From contig OX638160.1 in assembly GCA_951804945.1 (NCBI GenBank), positions 18,290,001 to 18,354,000 of the forward strand: a stretch of DNA of 64,000 nt, given 5' to 3'. The translations under genes were made by a program, and so were the position numbers. Below are positions 39,329 to 53,303 of the stretch, piece by piece. Source of the stretch: Podarcis cretensis. Lineage: Eukaryota. Every line of letters starts with the position of its first letter. The first letter of the stretch is position 1. The notes beneath the pieces are model-generated. The model made no database searches, was not told where the DNA came from, and was given only the letters and a program-made list of their open reading frames with translations.

Positions 39329-41043
39329 CCTTCAGATGTCTTTTAAAAGTAAGGTAGTTGCTTATTTGCTTGACATCTGATGGGAGGGTGTTCCACTGGG
39401 CAGGAGCTACTACCGAGAAGGCCCTCTGCCTGGTTCCCTGGAACCTCACTTCTTGCAGTGAGGGAACCGTCAGAAGGCCCTCGGTGCTAGATTTCAGTGT
39501 CTGGGCTTGAACGGTGGGGGTGGAGACGCTCCTTCAGGTATACAGGACCGAGGCCGTTTAGGACTTTAAAGGTCAGCACCAACGCTTCAAATTGTGCTCT
39601 GAAACGTACTGGGAGCCAATGTAGGTGTGATGGGATGATGAACTGCTTGTGCGTAAAGCTTAGTCCCTCAGAGTTTGCTCAACTTAGCAAGGCTCTGTTT
39701 TTAGCGGAGCCCTTAAGCATGGCTCCCTCAATCGCTGGCAGAATCCGACAGTGGGCATTTACGGAATCTACTCCAGCATAAAAGCTCCTTGACGGAAACG
39801 CGTCGTCTAGATTCTCGGCGCGACAGTTTCCGGCGAGGAGTGGGTGTACCTATGGGAGGACCTGAGACTTCTCCGCTGTTATCGCTGGAAGACTCCCTGA
39901 GCCATTCCTTCGTCTCTCTCTCTCCCTGATCTCCCACTCTCCCCCTGCTGCTGCCTTCCGCCGCTGCTGAGTCTCTCCTGACTTCTGAGAGCCCCTCCAC
40001 CGCCTGTCTTTCCGATGGCAGTTCCCTGACAGTAGGTCTTTCAGGACTGGTGTTATACAGTCTCGGCAGCCACTCCCAGTCACCAGTCTAGCTGCCACAT
40101 TCTGGATTAATTTCAGTTTCCAAGTCACCTTCTGGCGAGACAGTCCATGGGCAGGTAGGGTCTCAGCCTGCGTACCAGATGGAGCTGGTAAACAACTGCC
40201 CTGGACACAGAATTGACCTGCGCCTCCATGGACAGCTGTGAGTCCAAAATGACTCCCAGGCTGCTCACCTGGTCCTTCAGGGGCACAGTTACCCCATTCA
40301 AGACCAGGGAGTCCTCCACACCAGCCCACCCCCTGTCCCCCAAGAACAGTACTTCTGTCTTGTCAGAATTCGACCTCAATCTGTTAGCTGCCATCCATCC
40401 TCCAGCCCCCTCCAGGCACTCACACAGGACTTTCACTGTCTTCACTGGTTCTGATTTAAAGGAGAGTACCATCCACATATAGATGAACACCCAGCCCAAA
40501 CCCCCTGATGATCTCTCCCAGCAGCTTCATATAAATATTAAAAAGCATGGGGGAGAGGACGGAACCCTGAGGCACCCCACAAGTGAGAGTCCAGGGGGCT
40601 GAACACTCATCCCCCAACACCACTTTGTGGCCAAGGCCCAGGAGAAAGGAGCAGAACCACTGTATAATGGTCCCCCCAGCTCCCAGCCCCGCCCCCCCTG
40701 ATGATGCAGATGATGGTGCCATGATTGATGGTATCAAAGGCTGCTGAGACATCCAGCAGAACTAGGAAACAGCTCTCACCTTTGTCCCTAGCCTGCCAGA
40801 GATCATCGACCAGTGTGATCAAGGCAGTTTCAGTCCATGATGAGCCTGAATCCCAATTGGAAGGGATCCAAATGGTCTGCATCCTCCAGGCATGCTTGGA
40901 GTTGTTCAGCACCCACCCGCTCAGTCACCTTGCCCAAGAATGGTAGATTTGAGACTGTGCGATAGTTGGCCATATTGGCTGGGTCTAAAGTTGTTTTTTT
41001 AAGAAGCGGTTTAATAACCGCCTCTTTCAGTAAGCCTGGGAAG
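39329..41043 (-). mobile_element. L2 LINE ORF2 (reverse transcriptase) fragment, frameshifted and deleted, split by a solo LTR
   Basis: RT motifs LKEAVIKPLLKK…NYRTVSNLPFLGK, TETALITLVDDL…LLDVSAAFDTINH and CGVPQGSVLSPMLFNIYM occur in the ORF track. It is co-linear with the L2 at 52481-53300. Confidence 0.95.
39626..40031 (-). mobile_element. Solo LTR (406 bp; Gypsy-like or ERV) nested in L2
   Basis: TGT…ACA termini with short inverted ends and a 5-bp TSD gtagg (39621-39625 / 40032-40036). Removing it restores the L2 sequence gccaatgtaggtcttt. Orientation is inferred. Confidence 0.88.
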
Positions 41044-43002
41044 TATTCACCACCCCCCAGAGCCCAGCCCCCAGCCCTTCCTGGCTCACTTTTATGAGCC
41101 AGGATGGACAAGGATCAAGAAGATAGGTGGTTGGTTTCACTCATCCAAGCAGCCTGTCCACATCCTCAGAATTCTTTGTGGGAAGCCATGACAGTTTAAA
41201 GTGGTACCAAAGTGCTTTAAATGTATGGCATGAATGTGGCCTAAGTTTGTCATCCAAACAAAGACTCGTCCTCCCACTAAGCTGTAGCTGTGAAGTTGGG
41301 GGGGGGGAGGGACAGTGAACAGAAATAAGATGGATTTATTTCAAGTCAGTCCAGTCTCAATTTCCCTTGCCCCATTCACCATCTTTAGAGATGTAAACTG
41401 TTTGTTTAAGAGCTAGAATTACATGCATGAAACAGACAGAGTTGCTATAAATCAAGCCAAAACTATTAATGAATGTTGTCTAGTGTTAAGTATGACATGT
41501 CTTTAAAAAATAGTTCCAGATGTTCCTCATTGCACATTCTCATTGCAGGGTCTGGGCAAGATGTGTAGTCAGCATGTCTATGTCTTTCCCCCAAACTTTG
41601 TGTTTACATAATCTTCAGCCAACATGTAGAACTATGCCACTGCTGATGCCAAACCATCATTTGACATTACATCTGAACCATCTCAGATGATGTCTGCCCT
41701 CCCTAGAAGTAATTGGGCCGGAAACATGAAGAGTGAATTTTCTTGTCCCCAGGAAAAGAATTAGTGAATAAATAGACTTGCCACTTGGTTGCTAGCCTGT
41801 GAGAGTTTGTGGCCTTTGCTTGCCAAATGAAATTAAGCAGCTGGAATTGTGGCTTTTTGCTATTAAAACGACATCCAAGAGCAGCTAGTTAATTGACCAT
41901 GACTGTCATTTTCAATTGAGTGGCTTGGGACTGTATCTTTTAGCCTGGTAGTAGCTAAAATGGGCTAATGACCAATTCATGTTGTTCAGCACCAGAAAAT
42001 GAATAGGCACTAATTTTTGTCGTGAGCATTGGGGTGGTAGTTTAATGTAATTTGAGAGATTAAAAAATAAATCAGTATTGCTGGAAAATGTTCCATGGAG
42101 GAAGGAATTAGCATAATGTTCTGCCACATAAATTCCTGTTCGTATTCAGCAGCTATCTTTCTTTCTTTCTTTTTTTATTCACAAGAGTGCTCCATTTCTG
42201 TGCAGATGTCATTTGTTGCCTGGAAAAGTGTTCTAAATGACTATGTGGAAGAATTTAGGATTACTGGAATGAAGCAAACACTTTTTGAGCTGTGACACGG
42301 GGGTTCCTGCTTGATCCTGCTGTCAGATTTAGTTTCTGTTGCTAATTTCTTCAGCTTTCATAAAATTTCATTGATGTAGAAAAGGAATAGGGAACCCATA
42401 AGCCTCCAGACATTTCAGAACTAGAGCTCCCATCATCCCTGACCGTTGGGTCATGCTGGCTGGAACTGATGGAGCTGGAGTCCACCAACCTCTGGAGGGC
42501 CACAGATCTCTGATACATATTTTAAGTTATTGAGCACATGCTTTTAGAATTGACCCATTAAGTTAGCCTTGTTGGCCCTTAAGAAAAATTATAAAACCCT
42601 ATTTATCTTCAAGAATCTAATATGTGTTGGCAAATTCACTTAAATAATGTAGATGGAGTCCAGAGACAAAAATGCTGATAACGTTACGTTACTGAGGAAA
42701 TGTAACAAAACAATATATAATTTGAGGAGATATACACAGAGAGATTTTGGTCTTTCCTAGTTATTGCTTGGCTCTTCAGATCAAAATTTAATAATCTTCA
42801 ACATAATATGCTAGCATTTTTTTATTTTATTTTATTTTTTTATCCTGCTATGGCTGTATGCTAATGCAATAAAGGTTTGATTGAATATGATGATGATGAG
42901 GCTAGTGGTGATGAAGGTGAGGACCTCTTTAATCTCTCGTGACCTGGCAATGGAATATGGTCCCATGATATGGTCTGAGGGCACATGAGGTTGCCACCTT
43001 CC

Positions 43003-43105
43003 TGATGCTCAGCAGGTCTGGGTCTGATCAGTGCCTGGATGGAAGACTTCAAGATTCCATGATGGGAGAAAAGTAGGGTGTAAATGTAAATAAAATAAAT
43101 AAATG
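43003..43105 (+). mobile_element. 5S rRNA-derived SINE (SINE3-like) fragment
   Basis: gctcagcaggtctgggtctgatcagtgcctggatggaagac resembles the 5S internal control region (gctaagcagggtcgggcctggttagtacttggatgggagac). It is followed by a (TAAA)-rich tail. Confidence 0.6.
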
Positions 43106-44651
43106 CCCTCCAAAAAGAGGCTCAATTGATACCCTAACGCTACTATTTTTTAGGGTTCAGTTTAAAATGTTTTTATTCTCTCAGTCATTTTAGGACCTCA
43201 TTTTAACTGTTCCCCAAACTTTTCCAGTCTGCTCTTTTATGGTATATTTTATTGCTTTTTAAATTGATACACACCACCCATGTGCATGGTGCTTTTTGAG
43301 ATACAAGAGGACAGATTCCTGCTGTGAGGAGCTTAGAATCTAAAATTCAGTGTGGGAAACAGCGAAAGAAAGGAACTGAAGTTGAAGCAAGGACTGAACA
43401 GGAAAGTGATACATGGTTGTTTCAAGTTGCATATTCTTAGGTGGAGTTACAGTGGGCTGTTTTGCATATTTGGGGGCAAACTTTTCATGCGTGTTTGTTG
43501 TAGCTGCTGTGGCAGCCATAATGGGATAAGATTTTATGAGGGATGGTCTGCAAATATTTTCAATATGAGGGCTGACTAGGGATGTGCTGCCACACAGTAA
43601 TTTTTGCTTGTGAGTTGGGAAGCAGTTACTGCTAACAGTGTGCTCCTCTCCTGCAAACAAAGAACACACATTACACATTATATTGCAAACCCATTCAGCC
43701 TTATTTTGTCACCTTGTAGTTTTGGGACTCCATTGAGAAACCTCACAGAAAGCACTGTAACATGATTACTCTGAATCTGCTGTTTTCCCCCACCCCCAAA
43801 AGTCTCCCAGCTGCTGAGTTTTTGTTAGTTAGTTGCTTGATTACATTTCTCTAACTGAAATCCTGGAAGGCATGCCTTCTGAATGAGATGTAATCCAACC
43901 TCTAGTGTTTGTTGTTTCTGGGTTGTTGGACTGAAGAAAGTAATAGGAATCCAACTTGTACAATAAAAGCTGTGTCTTTTCCCACCTTAACAAACAACCC
44001 GAATGCTTGCTTTGGCTGTTCCTTTGAGCACAACATGCATGGAAAAATATGATTATTAGCAAATTAACAAAAGGGATGCTTGCTTTTTTTAAGAGAGGAA
44101 AATGGACATATTGGATTCCCTCCTTCCTTTGCACTGGTTATAATTCCAGGTCCTCCAACATTATGTTCCAAATGACTTAAAATCAGGGCAGAAGATACAG
44201 AGCAGATTTCTCACCCTTTCATAAATCCAGGCCTCTGGGAAGCATATCACTGGGTTTTTTCCCCAGCTCAAACCTAGCCTCCTATGCTCAGTACCACAAA
44301 TGCAATGACCACCTAGGTAAATGGGCTATTATAATAATATATATATATTAAGATATGAAAAAAATTCCTTGTTTACAAAAGTGCATGCACTGTGTCTTTC
44401 TTCAGGTTGTGTTTGCTACAGATCAGTTACATTTGTTGTGAGACATTGGTGTTATATGCAGTATAGGGCCCATTTCCTACATTCCTTCATTCATTCTTTT
44501 CAGCAGTTCTTACACTGGTATTTCTTTTCTGTGGTTCCTTACTGACTGCCCACTCCTGGCATGCTAAAAGCAACTACTAAAGGCATGCCTTGCTATTGAG
44601 GAAATAAGTGCCCTCAGTGTGGTGGGCCTTGTAATGGCTGAGGGTGCGATT

Positions 44652-44950
44652 ACATAAGAACATTTATGTAAGGACCCTGCTGAAAGGCCATCTAGTGCAG
44701 TATCCTGTTCTCATAGTGGCCAGCCAATTGCTCATGGGAAGCCTGCAAACAGAACCTAAGTGCAACATCAACTAGCAATTCCCAGCAACTGGGATGGAGG
44801 TAGTTGTTGGTGGCCTTATCATCTGAATAATCTGATCACCTTTTACAAGTAGTTCAGGAATCAGGATACGTTCCCAATTCAAGACAGATAAAACAAAGTG
44901 CTTCTTTCCACAGTGCATAGTTAAACTATGGAATTCACTCCCACAGGAAT
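44652..44950. mobile_element. Two CR1 fragments in opposite orientation
   Basis: An antisense 3' end (acataagaac…ggccatctagtgcagtatcctgttctc) is followed by sense ttcaagacagataaaacaaagtgcttcttt…gttaaactatggaattcactcccacagga. Confidence 0.7.
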
Positions 44951-47425
44951 TCTCACCCAAGAAAGCTTATTTGACCCCCACTTTGATGGCATATTGGTCT
45001 GATATCTAGCAATGACCATCTGGTTTTGACATGCTTTTGATTTACAGAATCACTTGCTTATCTCATCCTTATCTGTACATTCCTTTGCAGCACTGTTCTT
45101 GTCATTTGCGGCTGATTCTGTTGCTCTGTGTCTTGCTTTCTATTTATATATTCTTTGCAGGACAGAAAGTGAGGATAAAAATAGTTTATTAATAAAACGT
45201 GTGCTTAGAATTGGTTTGATTTCAGTGCAGCTTAAGAGCTGTTCTGCCCTATTACACAGATTGATGTAGCTGGCAAGGATGGTAGATTCATGGTTTGTAC
45301 CACTTCAGATTGCAGATGGGGATGTATGTATCACATTTTAAATATTTCCTCTACAGAAAAAGCTCCCTGAGTGTACTGTCTGAGCACTGGGATGAAAGGG
45401 ACTTTGGTAAAGTTTTCGCTTTGTTGAGAATATTTTCTACACACAGGAAGTTTCTTATGAGTCTCCTACCTGCAGTCTGAGGTCTTACACATTGGAAAGC
45501 ACATCTTTTTCTGTGTAATCTATAGATTCCCTTCCCTTAGATTCCCTTCAATAAAAAAAGGAAAACAACTAATAAACATTAGGGGATTTTAATTCAGGAC
45601 GCCTGAAGTGTTGCGAGCTGCTGATTCAGAGTTCCATATGCTGAGTTGCTGCTGCTCACATAAGAACTGTTTCAGTCTTTTAAGTATAAGCTATTACTTT
45701 AGCTCTGTTCAGACAGTGCTCTCTGCTGGCCTTCCTGTAGGGACCTTTTGAAACATATTAGCCTTACTCAAATGTACTGTGAAATCCTTTGTGTTTGTGA
45801 TGTTGACACTGTGATCATAAAGATATAAATCCTTGTTACTAACATTTAGGCATACACAAAGAAGCAGGGCTTTTTAAAGTTTACAGTGTCATGAAAAAAA
45901 ACTGCTTGGGAAGTTTTAGGAATCTTTTCTTCTGATCATTAAGATATGTTGAAGTTTCTCCTGTCTGAGAAGGTTAGATGACATAGTGTTGAATTAAAAT
46001 ATTCCCAAAGAGCTACAGTTTGGCTGTGCCTTGTCATATGATACTTCATTGTAAAGAAGAGGCTTTCAGGTGATATCCAGCTAAGTCATTTTCAGATTAG
46101 ACCCATTTGAAATGGTTACTGAAGTCTGCTGATTTCAAGGGGGTCAACTCTAACTAGTGTTGGATACCACTCTCTGTATTGTCTACGTTTTCAGAGGCAA
46201 GAGGAAGATTCTGTTTCATTTTTGTTGTTAACAGAAGAATACTGCAGTATCTGTTTTATTATTTAATGCTATCATTTCCTCAGGATTGCTTGGTGAAATA
46301 AAGAGCACATAACCATGATAAGTGCTGTTCATGGTTTGTTGCCTTAATCAGAGAAAGGCTGTGTTCACATGCAGTGCTAAACCACAGTTAAGCACTATGT
46401 GTGATAGTGAGCTTCAAGCTTTTGTGTTCTTCTTCTCCCTTCCCCTCAAAATCCTGAGGCCCGCATGTCTAAACTGTTGTTTAACTTTATATATGAATCA
46501 GATCATACAGCAAAGCTATGATTTAGCTCACTGCACTGCTTGTGTTGAGAGACACCAGTGACATGTGTTTGCTATCTTGAAACAGGCTGGAGAAGTGGCA
46601 AAAAGTGCCTTTGATGTGGCTTGCATGGTGCAGACATGTTGCTTAACCACAGTTAATGCAAACTCACTCCAAGCAGCAGTTTCCAACTTGGATTTTTGCA
46701 GTCCTTGATCATGGTTTCCATATTTAGATGCAACACATAACCATGGTGAAGAAAAGCAAACCAAAGTCACACATTATTTTATGGGTATGAAGACCATGGG
46801 TCTTTACATTTCTCTTTTACTATCAAGTGAGGAAGTTTTATAGCAAAGTTGGCTTTGTGTTTGAATGAATTTCCTTGAAATATTTTTAGTTTTACTTCTA
46901 CATTTCTTGAAGTCACTGAGTAGTTGACATGCAATATTTGTGTTGGAGGTGAGATTCTTTCTGTATAGGTAGCAAAACATTTATTTCGTAGAAATCTCTG
47001 AGGAGCATGCCATAAACCTGTAAAATCTTTACAACCTTTAGGTGTAAACTTGGCTTCCTTGAAGTCCATAGATACCGGTAAGTGCGTTGCTTTAGTCTGT
47101 CGGTTGTGAAATACTTTAAGTCAGTTTCAGAATGTCATGAAAGGGGAAAATGTAGCTGGGTGTAAGCAGGAAATAAGAGACTTCACTTGTTTTTACTTGT
47201 GGGGTGTAGCTAAGTGATCATATTGTTGTGCTGTTTTATGCAGTTTCCTGATAAACTGGCCAGTCTTCTTACACACTGTGTAAGCTGAATATAAAGCAGT
47301 GGATATAGATCTTATAATTATAACTTCCCAATATATCAGGTTAAAAAGTATGCATCGTCTTACAGGTGCATATGCATTATACTTATAGCCTCATCCAAAA
47401 GTTATTGAAAATGTAACATTTAGAG

Positions 47426-47562
47426 CAAGGATAGCCAACGTGGTGGCTTCCTGATGCTGTTGGACTAGAGTTCCCATAATCCCTGACTATTGGCCATGCT
47501 GGTTGGGGCTGACTGGAGTTGCAGTCCAAACCATCTGGAGGACACTCCATTCGTGGCCCCTC
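47426..47562. mobile_element. ~140-bp palindromic hAT-type MITE with 8-bp TSD
   Basis: Hairpin body, flanked by atttagag (47418-47425) and atttggag (47563-47570), 7/8 identical. Confidence 0.82.
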
Positions 47563-47680
47563 ATTTGGAGGTTTAGACTATGAGGTCAGGTGTGGCGAAC
47601 CTTTGGCCCTCCAGATGTTGCTCAGCTACAAGTCCCACTGACCCTGGCCTTTGTCCATGCTTGCTAGGATTCATGGAAAT

Positions 47681-48692
47681 TAAGGACATAAGATGCACCT
47701 GTTGGATCAGGCCAATGGCCCATCTAGTCCAGCATCCTATTTGCACAGTGGCCGACTAGATGCCTTCTGGGAAACCCTCAAACAAGAACTGAGCACAAGA
47801 GTACTCTCCCTTCCTGCAGTTTCCAGAAACTGGTATTCAGAAGCATCACTGCCTCTGAAGGTGGAGGCAGAGCATAGCTATCATGGCTAGTAGTGACTGA
47901 TAACCAGTCCTCTTTTAAAGCCACTGAAGTTGGTGGCCACCACTGCCTCCTGTGGAAGTGAGTTCCATAGTTTAACTATGCACTACATGAAGAAGTAGGG
48001 TGGCACTGTGGGTTAAACCACAGAGTCTAGGACTTGCCAATCATAAGGTCGGCAGTTTGAATCCCCGCAACGGGGTGAGCTCCCGTTGCTTGGTCCCAGC
48101 TCCTGCCAACCTAGCAGTTCGAAAGCACGTCAAAGTGCAAGTAGATAAATAGGTACCGCTCTGGCGGGAAGGTAAACGGCGTTTCCGTGCGCTGTTCTGG
48201 TTTGCCAGAAGCGGCTTAGTCATGCTGGCCACATGACCCGGAAGCTGTACCCTGGCTCCCTCGGTCAATAAAGCGAGATGAGCGCCGCAACCCCAGAGTC
48301 AGTCACGACTGGACCTAAGGGTCAGGGGTCCCTTTACCTTACATGAAGAAGTACTTTCTTTTATTTGTCCTGAATCTTCCTCCATTCAGCTGTCCATGAG
48401 AGAGGGAGAAAAGACATTTCTGTCCACTTTCTCCATGCCATGCATAGTTTAATAAACTTCTATCATGTTTGCCTTTTCTCTAAACAGCCTTTCACAAGGA
48501 AGTCATTCCATCCCCTTGATATTATTTCTGCACTTTTTCCACTTCTACAATACACTTTTTGAAGGAAGGTGATCAGAACTTTACACAATATTCCATTTGT
48601 GGGAGCACCATAATTTGTATAATGGTATTGTGTTATTGGCAGTTCTTTTTTCACTTCATTATTCAATGATCCCTAGTAGGGAATTTACCTTT
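47681..48692 (-). mobile_element. CR1 LINE 3' portion, inserted in a hairpin MITE and interrupted by a Sauria SINE
   Basis: The antisense CR1 3' end ggatcaggccaatggcccatctagtccagcatcc continues into ORF2-like sequence (ttctccatgccatgcatagtt…ttttccacttctacaata). Confidence 0.88.
47998..48339 (+). mobile_element. Sauria SINE
   Basis: gggtggcactgtgggttaaacc…cctagcagttcgaaagcacgtcaaagtgcaagtagataaataggtacc…ccctttacct. TSD tacatgaagaagta (47984-47997 / 48340-48353). Confidence 0.95.
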
Positions 48693-50264
48693 CACTGTCA
48701 GCTCAGACCCTACACGTTGTAGTTCGGCGACATCTGGAGGGACAAAGGTTCCCCACTTTTCTGTTAGGTTAATGCACCTTTAACTAGAGTGGAAGAGCTG
48801 CATATTCTGAAGTAGATCTGCATTCCCACATTATGATTACATATCTAAAGACTGAGCTATGAATTAGGAAGCTTCCCCCTCCACTCATTCTGAATCTTGC
48901 CCCAGCTGATTTACCTAGCTGCATTGTCGATATATTTATCCCTTACAATGTTGTTCTTAAGTACGAAAGAAAGTTTGAAAATCACTGGCAATGCAAGATT
49001 TGCTGGAAGAATAAGGCTATTGCTTTGAAGGAGAAAATAAGAACATTTTTCTTCACTAGAGAGCTGTTGAATGCAAGAGAATTGAGATTATTTTCATACC
49101 TATTTACGAGATCCTACAGTAATAGAAGCTGCTGTCAAACTAGTTTAGGGTGTTCCTTGCCTTGTCTAGTCTTGCTGACCTACTGTTTTATGTAATACCT
49201 TTGCTGAACAGGAAGAGTCGCAAGAGGCTTGCCTCTAACTGCTGGAGAATGGCATGTAGGGATTTTTTATGGTTGTGGTTGTGAAATAGAAAGAGAGCCT
49301 GTCTCCTTTTCTAAGATTCTTTCATGAAGGCAGCAATGCCTGTTACAAATTCGTAAGGCATTTGAAAGCAATGTGGGTTTTAACAACGACGCATATAAAT
49401 GTAAAGCTTCTTTTGAAGATTGGTTTCAAGTGTCGCACTGATAAGAATCAAGTGTTAGGTTCAAAGTGCTGCCCACACAGTACTTCACTCTTTCCCAGCC
49501 TGGCACTTTCCAAACATTGTTGGACTACACTTCCCCCCAAGCTCCAGCCTGCATGAAGGGATGAAGGAAGTTGTAGCCTACAACATCTGGAGGGTGGCAT
49601 ATGGAAGATCTTCCAGGAGACAATAAAATGCTGTTAGTTAGTCAGCATCACTACCTGTTTTCCAGAAGGATAATTGTGGTTTGTGATTTGAGGATTCTGC
49701 ATTTTCATCCTCTGATCAGTGGCCGTGTCCAGGGAAAGGGGAATTGGTGTACCTCTGTCATGGTACCTGGTTTAACCTTTCAGCCAACAATACTTGTTTA
49801 TATCTACAAGCGTGCTGGTGCAAGACAATACTGCAAAACTATGCAGGTTCTCTAGTAGATATCAACAAATAACTAAATGCCTTGCTTAAAGTGCAAATAC
49901 CACTTTGTTGTGGTTCTCACCTCTATTTCTCTGCTAGTATTTTCATTATGGTTATGGAGTATTTAGGACTTTCTTGTAGCAGTTGAGGTATATTGTACAA
50001 CAGAATAATAATCACCTTTTGCATGTCGCTCCCAAGTTTAATGGTGACATTGAAGTTCACCCAACTGGAGATTCCTGTCTTGCTTTTCTTTATGATCTTC
50101 CTAATATTTGATTGCTGTGTAATGGAACTGATGTATCAGAAAAAGTTGTGTTTGCTAGTAATCTTTTAATATCAGCTTCATTGTCACCATAGGCAGCTGG
50201 GCATGGAGGAAGCTGGCGTGTGAATCTCAGCCTTACTGTACTGGAGCCAGAGTTAGAAATAGAG

Positions 50265-50432
50265 GAAGCTGACTTACATTGTGTCCGAGCCACTAGTCTA
50301 CCTAGCTTAGTACTGTCTATGCTAACTGACAGTGACTCTCCCAAGATTTCAGGCAGGATTCTCTCCCAGCTCTACCTGGAGATGACGGGAATTCAGCTTG
50401 GGACATTATATTTGCAGGAGTTATGGCACTTT
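50265..50432 (-). mobile_element. tRNA(Ala-like)-derived SINE
   Basis: ggaagctgacttacattgtgtccgagcc…tttcaggcaggattctctcccagctctacctggagatg is antisense to the 62895 copy. Confidence 0.7.
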
Positions 50433-52480
50433 CTCAAATTGGATGGAGAACTTAGGGCAAATGCACTGTTAGGGTCAATCAAAAGGCAAATTCAGTCTCC
50501 AGAAACTTTCAAATATGGAACTTCTGCACTCTGAGTAGGTCTTGTGTCACTGCATGACATCTCCACGCCTCAATCCTTGTGACTAGAACTAGGCAGTGTT
50601 TTTCTAGTCATGAGTTTTCTCAACTAGAAGTGGACTGTAGTCCATCAAACAGTTTATGCCACAATAAAACTGTCAGCCTCGGCGCTGCTAGACTTTTTGT
50701 TCAACAAAAACATGTCGTGGGTACTTATACTTTGTGGATACTAAAAATGAGGTTGTCATTTGGTAGTTATATAAGAGGCTAGAAGTCATCTAAGTTTTAT
50801 TTAACAAGATTTATATACTGCTTAATCAACAAAGATTAGCAGTTTACATAAAACAATATGATGTATTCATTTTAAAAAATACCGATAAAATCAAATGTTG
50901 AAGTATAGACACATGCACTCCCCCCCCCCCCCAGTTTTAAAACAAATGTATATGATAAAATTATATTTGCAAATCCTCATTTTGACTGGTTATTTTTATT
51001 TCATGCACCACTATCAAGATGTCAACTAATTGTGCTACATATATGCATAAACCACATGCACACATAGTGCTGTTTTTGTTCAAAACCTTCCTGCCCGTAG
51101 GTGGAATTAGCAAAGCTTCTATAAATATAAACTTTTGTGCAATGTATGAACTATGAAGGAGCAGCACAACCATGTCTTGGCTAATGAGATTAAAATAAGA
51201 TAGTTTTGCTTTCTAATGGGTTTTCTTTCTGAGCATGAAATCAAAGTGTGTCCTCCCTCCCTCTGCCAGTTGTGCTGCCAAAAGTGATGTGATTGGGTGG
51301 GGAAAGTATGCACTTAGTACCACGTAGCTTGAGTAGTAGTTTGCAGGATGTTGTTTTCAAACAGCAGAGGGAGTGTAGCAGCAAAGCAATGGGCAGGGCA
51401 AGAACATGAAAACACCCAGTATGTAGATTTTGATGAAAAAAGAAAGGAAGGAGAAAATGCAGAAAACTTTAGTGACTTCCATTAAAGAGGAGCCTTGTCA
51501 ATATTTTTTTTCTTTGCTGTGCTGGCAGCAACATAATTGACCTAATAATTATTTGGGATATATTTTCCTCCAGCAGTTTTCACACTTCCTTTCAACAGTT
51601 ACTTTTAACCCTGGTTAACTCTACATTTCATTTATTGTGTAGAACTTGGGGTTGCCACCAAATGTACACTTAATAAGAATGCAGTTTTTAACAGGTGTAC
51701 CTGTACAATTATATTTTCAAATATCTGGTTGTCATCATTCACACTCCTTGTTGGTGTATGCTTAAGAACAAAGGTTAGCTTCCCATATTTTAAAAGTGTG
51801 TGCATTGACTCTTCAGAGTGGTGTGGAAGAGAATAATGCCGACGAGGCAGAAAACTGTTTTAGTCTGCTGCATAGGTTCTATATAGATTCTGCTAGATAT
51901 TTTGAAATGTAACTTCCACCCCTCATTTTATATATTGCCTATTTGTTGATGATCTACAAGAACTAAGAGTTCTACTACTCATTTATCCACCTCAGGGACC
52001 TGGTGACTTCCCACTTTGCAGAATGCTGTGCTTGACTGACATTACATGCATAAGTTATCACGGTTAAATTTCAGTGACCTGAAAGGGCAGAGGAGGGAAT
52101 AGAACCACGGGAAATGGTGATCCATGGCATGCAAATTAAGCATCCAACTTGCACATGCTTTACATCATACAAAAAGCCTCAAGATCAAGCCAAGGTATCT
52201 GCATATAAGGCCGAAATGTCTCCTGCCTGAAATTCTGGAAGGGTGCTGCCAGTCCGTGTTGACAGTACTGAGCTAGTTTGGACCGATAGTCTGACTCAAT
52301 ATAGGATGACTTCCTTTGTTCCTATGTATCATTGGGAAGCAGGGAATGGAAGAGTTACAAACAAAAGGTTGTGACTGTGACAACATGTTTGGAAACTTTT
52401 GAGTATGGAATGGGGAAAAAAGATGAAATTATTCTAACAGCTTTCAAGCAGCAATCTTCAACAAATCTTAATAGGAATTA

Positions 52481-53303
52481 AGATTGAGGTTGAATCCTGA
52501 CAAGACAGAAGTACTGTTTTTGGGGGGCAGGAGGTGAGCAGGTGTGGAGGACTCCCTGGTCCTGGATGGGGTAACTGTGTCCCTGAAGGGCCAGGTGCGC
52601 AGCCTGGGAGTCATTTTGGACTCACAACTGTCCATGGAGGCACAGGTCAAATCTGTGTCCAGGGCATTTGTTTATCAGCTCCATCTGATACACAGGCTGA
52701 GACCCTATCTGCCCGTGTACTGTCTCGCCAGAGTGCTGCATGCTCTGGTTATCTCTTGCTTGGACTACTGAAATGTGTTCTACGTGGGGCTACCTTTGAA
52801 GGTGACCCATAAACTACAACTAATCCAGAATGCGGCAGCTAGACTGGTGACTGGGAGCGGCCGCTGAGACCACATAACACCAGTCTTGAAAGACCTACAT
52901 TGGCTCCCAGTACATTTCTGAGCACAATTCAAAGTGTTGGTGCTGACCTTTAAAGCCCTAAACGGCCTTGGTCCAGTATACCTGAAGGAGCATCTCCACC
53001 CCCATCATTCTACCCGGACACTGAGGTCCAGCACCGAGGGCCTTCTGGCGGTTCTCTCACTGCGAGAAGCAAAGTTACAGGGAACCAGACAGAGGGCCTT
53101 CTCAGTAGTGGCACCCGCCCTGTGGAACGCCCTCCCACCAGATGTCAAAGAGAACAACAACTCCCAGACTTTTAGAAGACATCTGAAGGCAGCCCTGCTT
53201 AGGGAAGCCTTTAATGTTTGATGGATTACTGTATTTTAATGTTTTGTTGGAAGTCGCCCAGAGTGGCTGGGGAAGCCCAGCCAGATGGGCGGGGTATAAA
53301 TAA

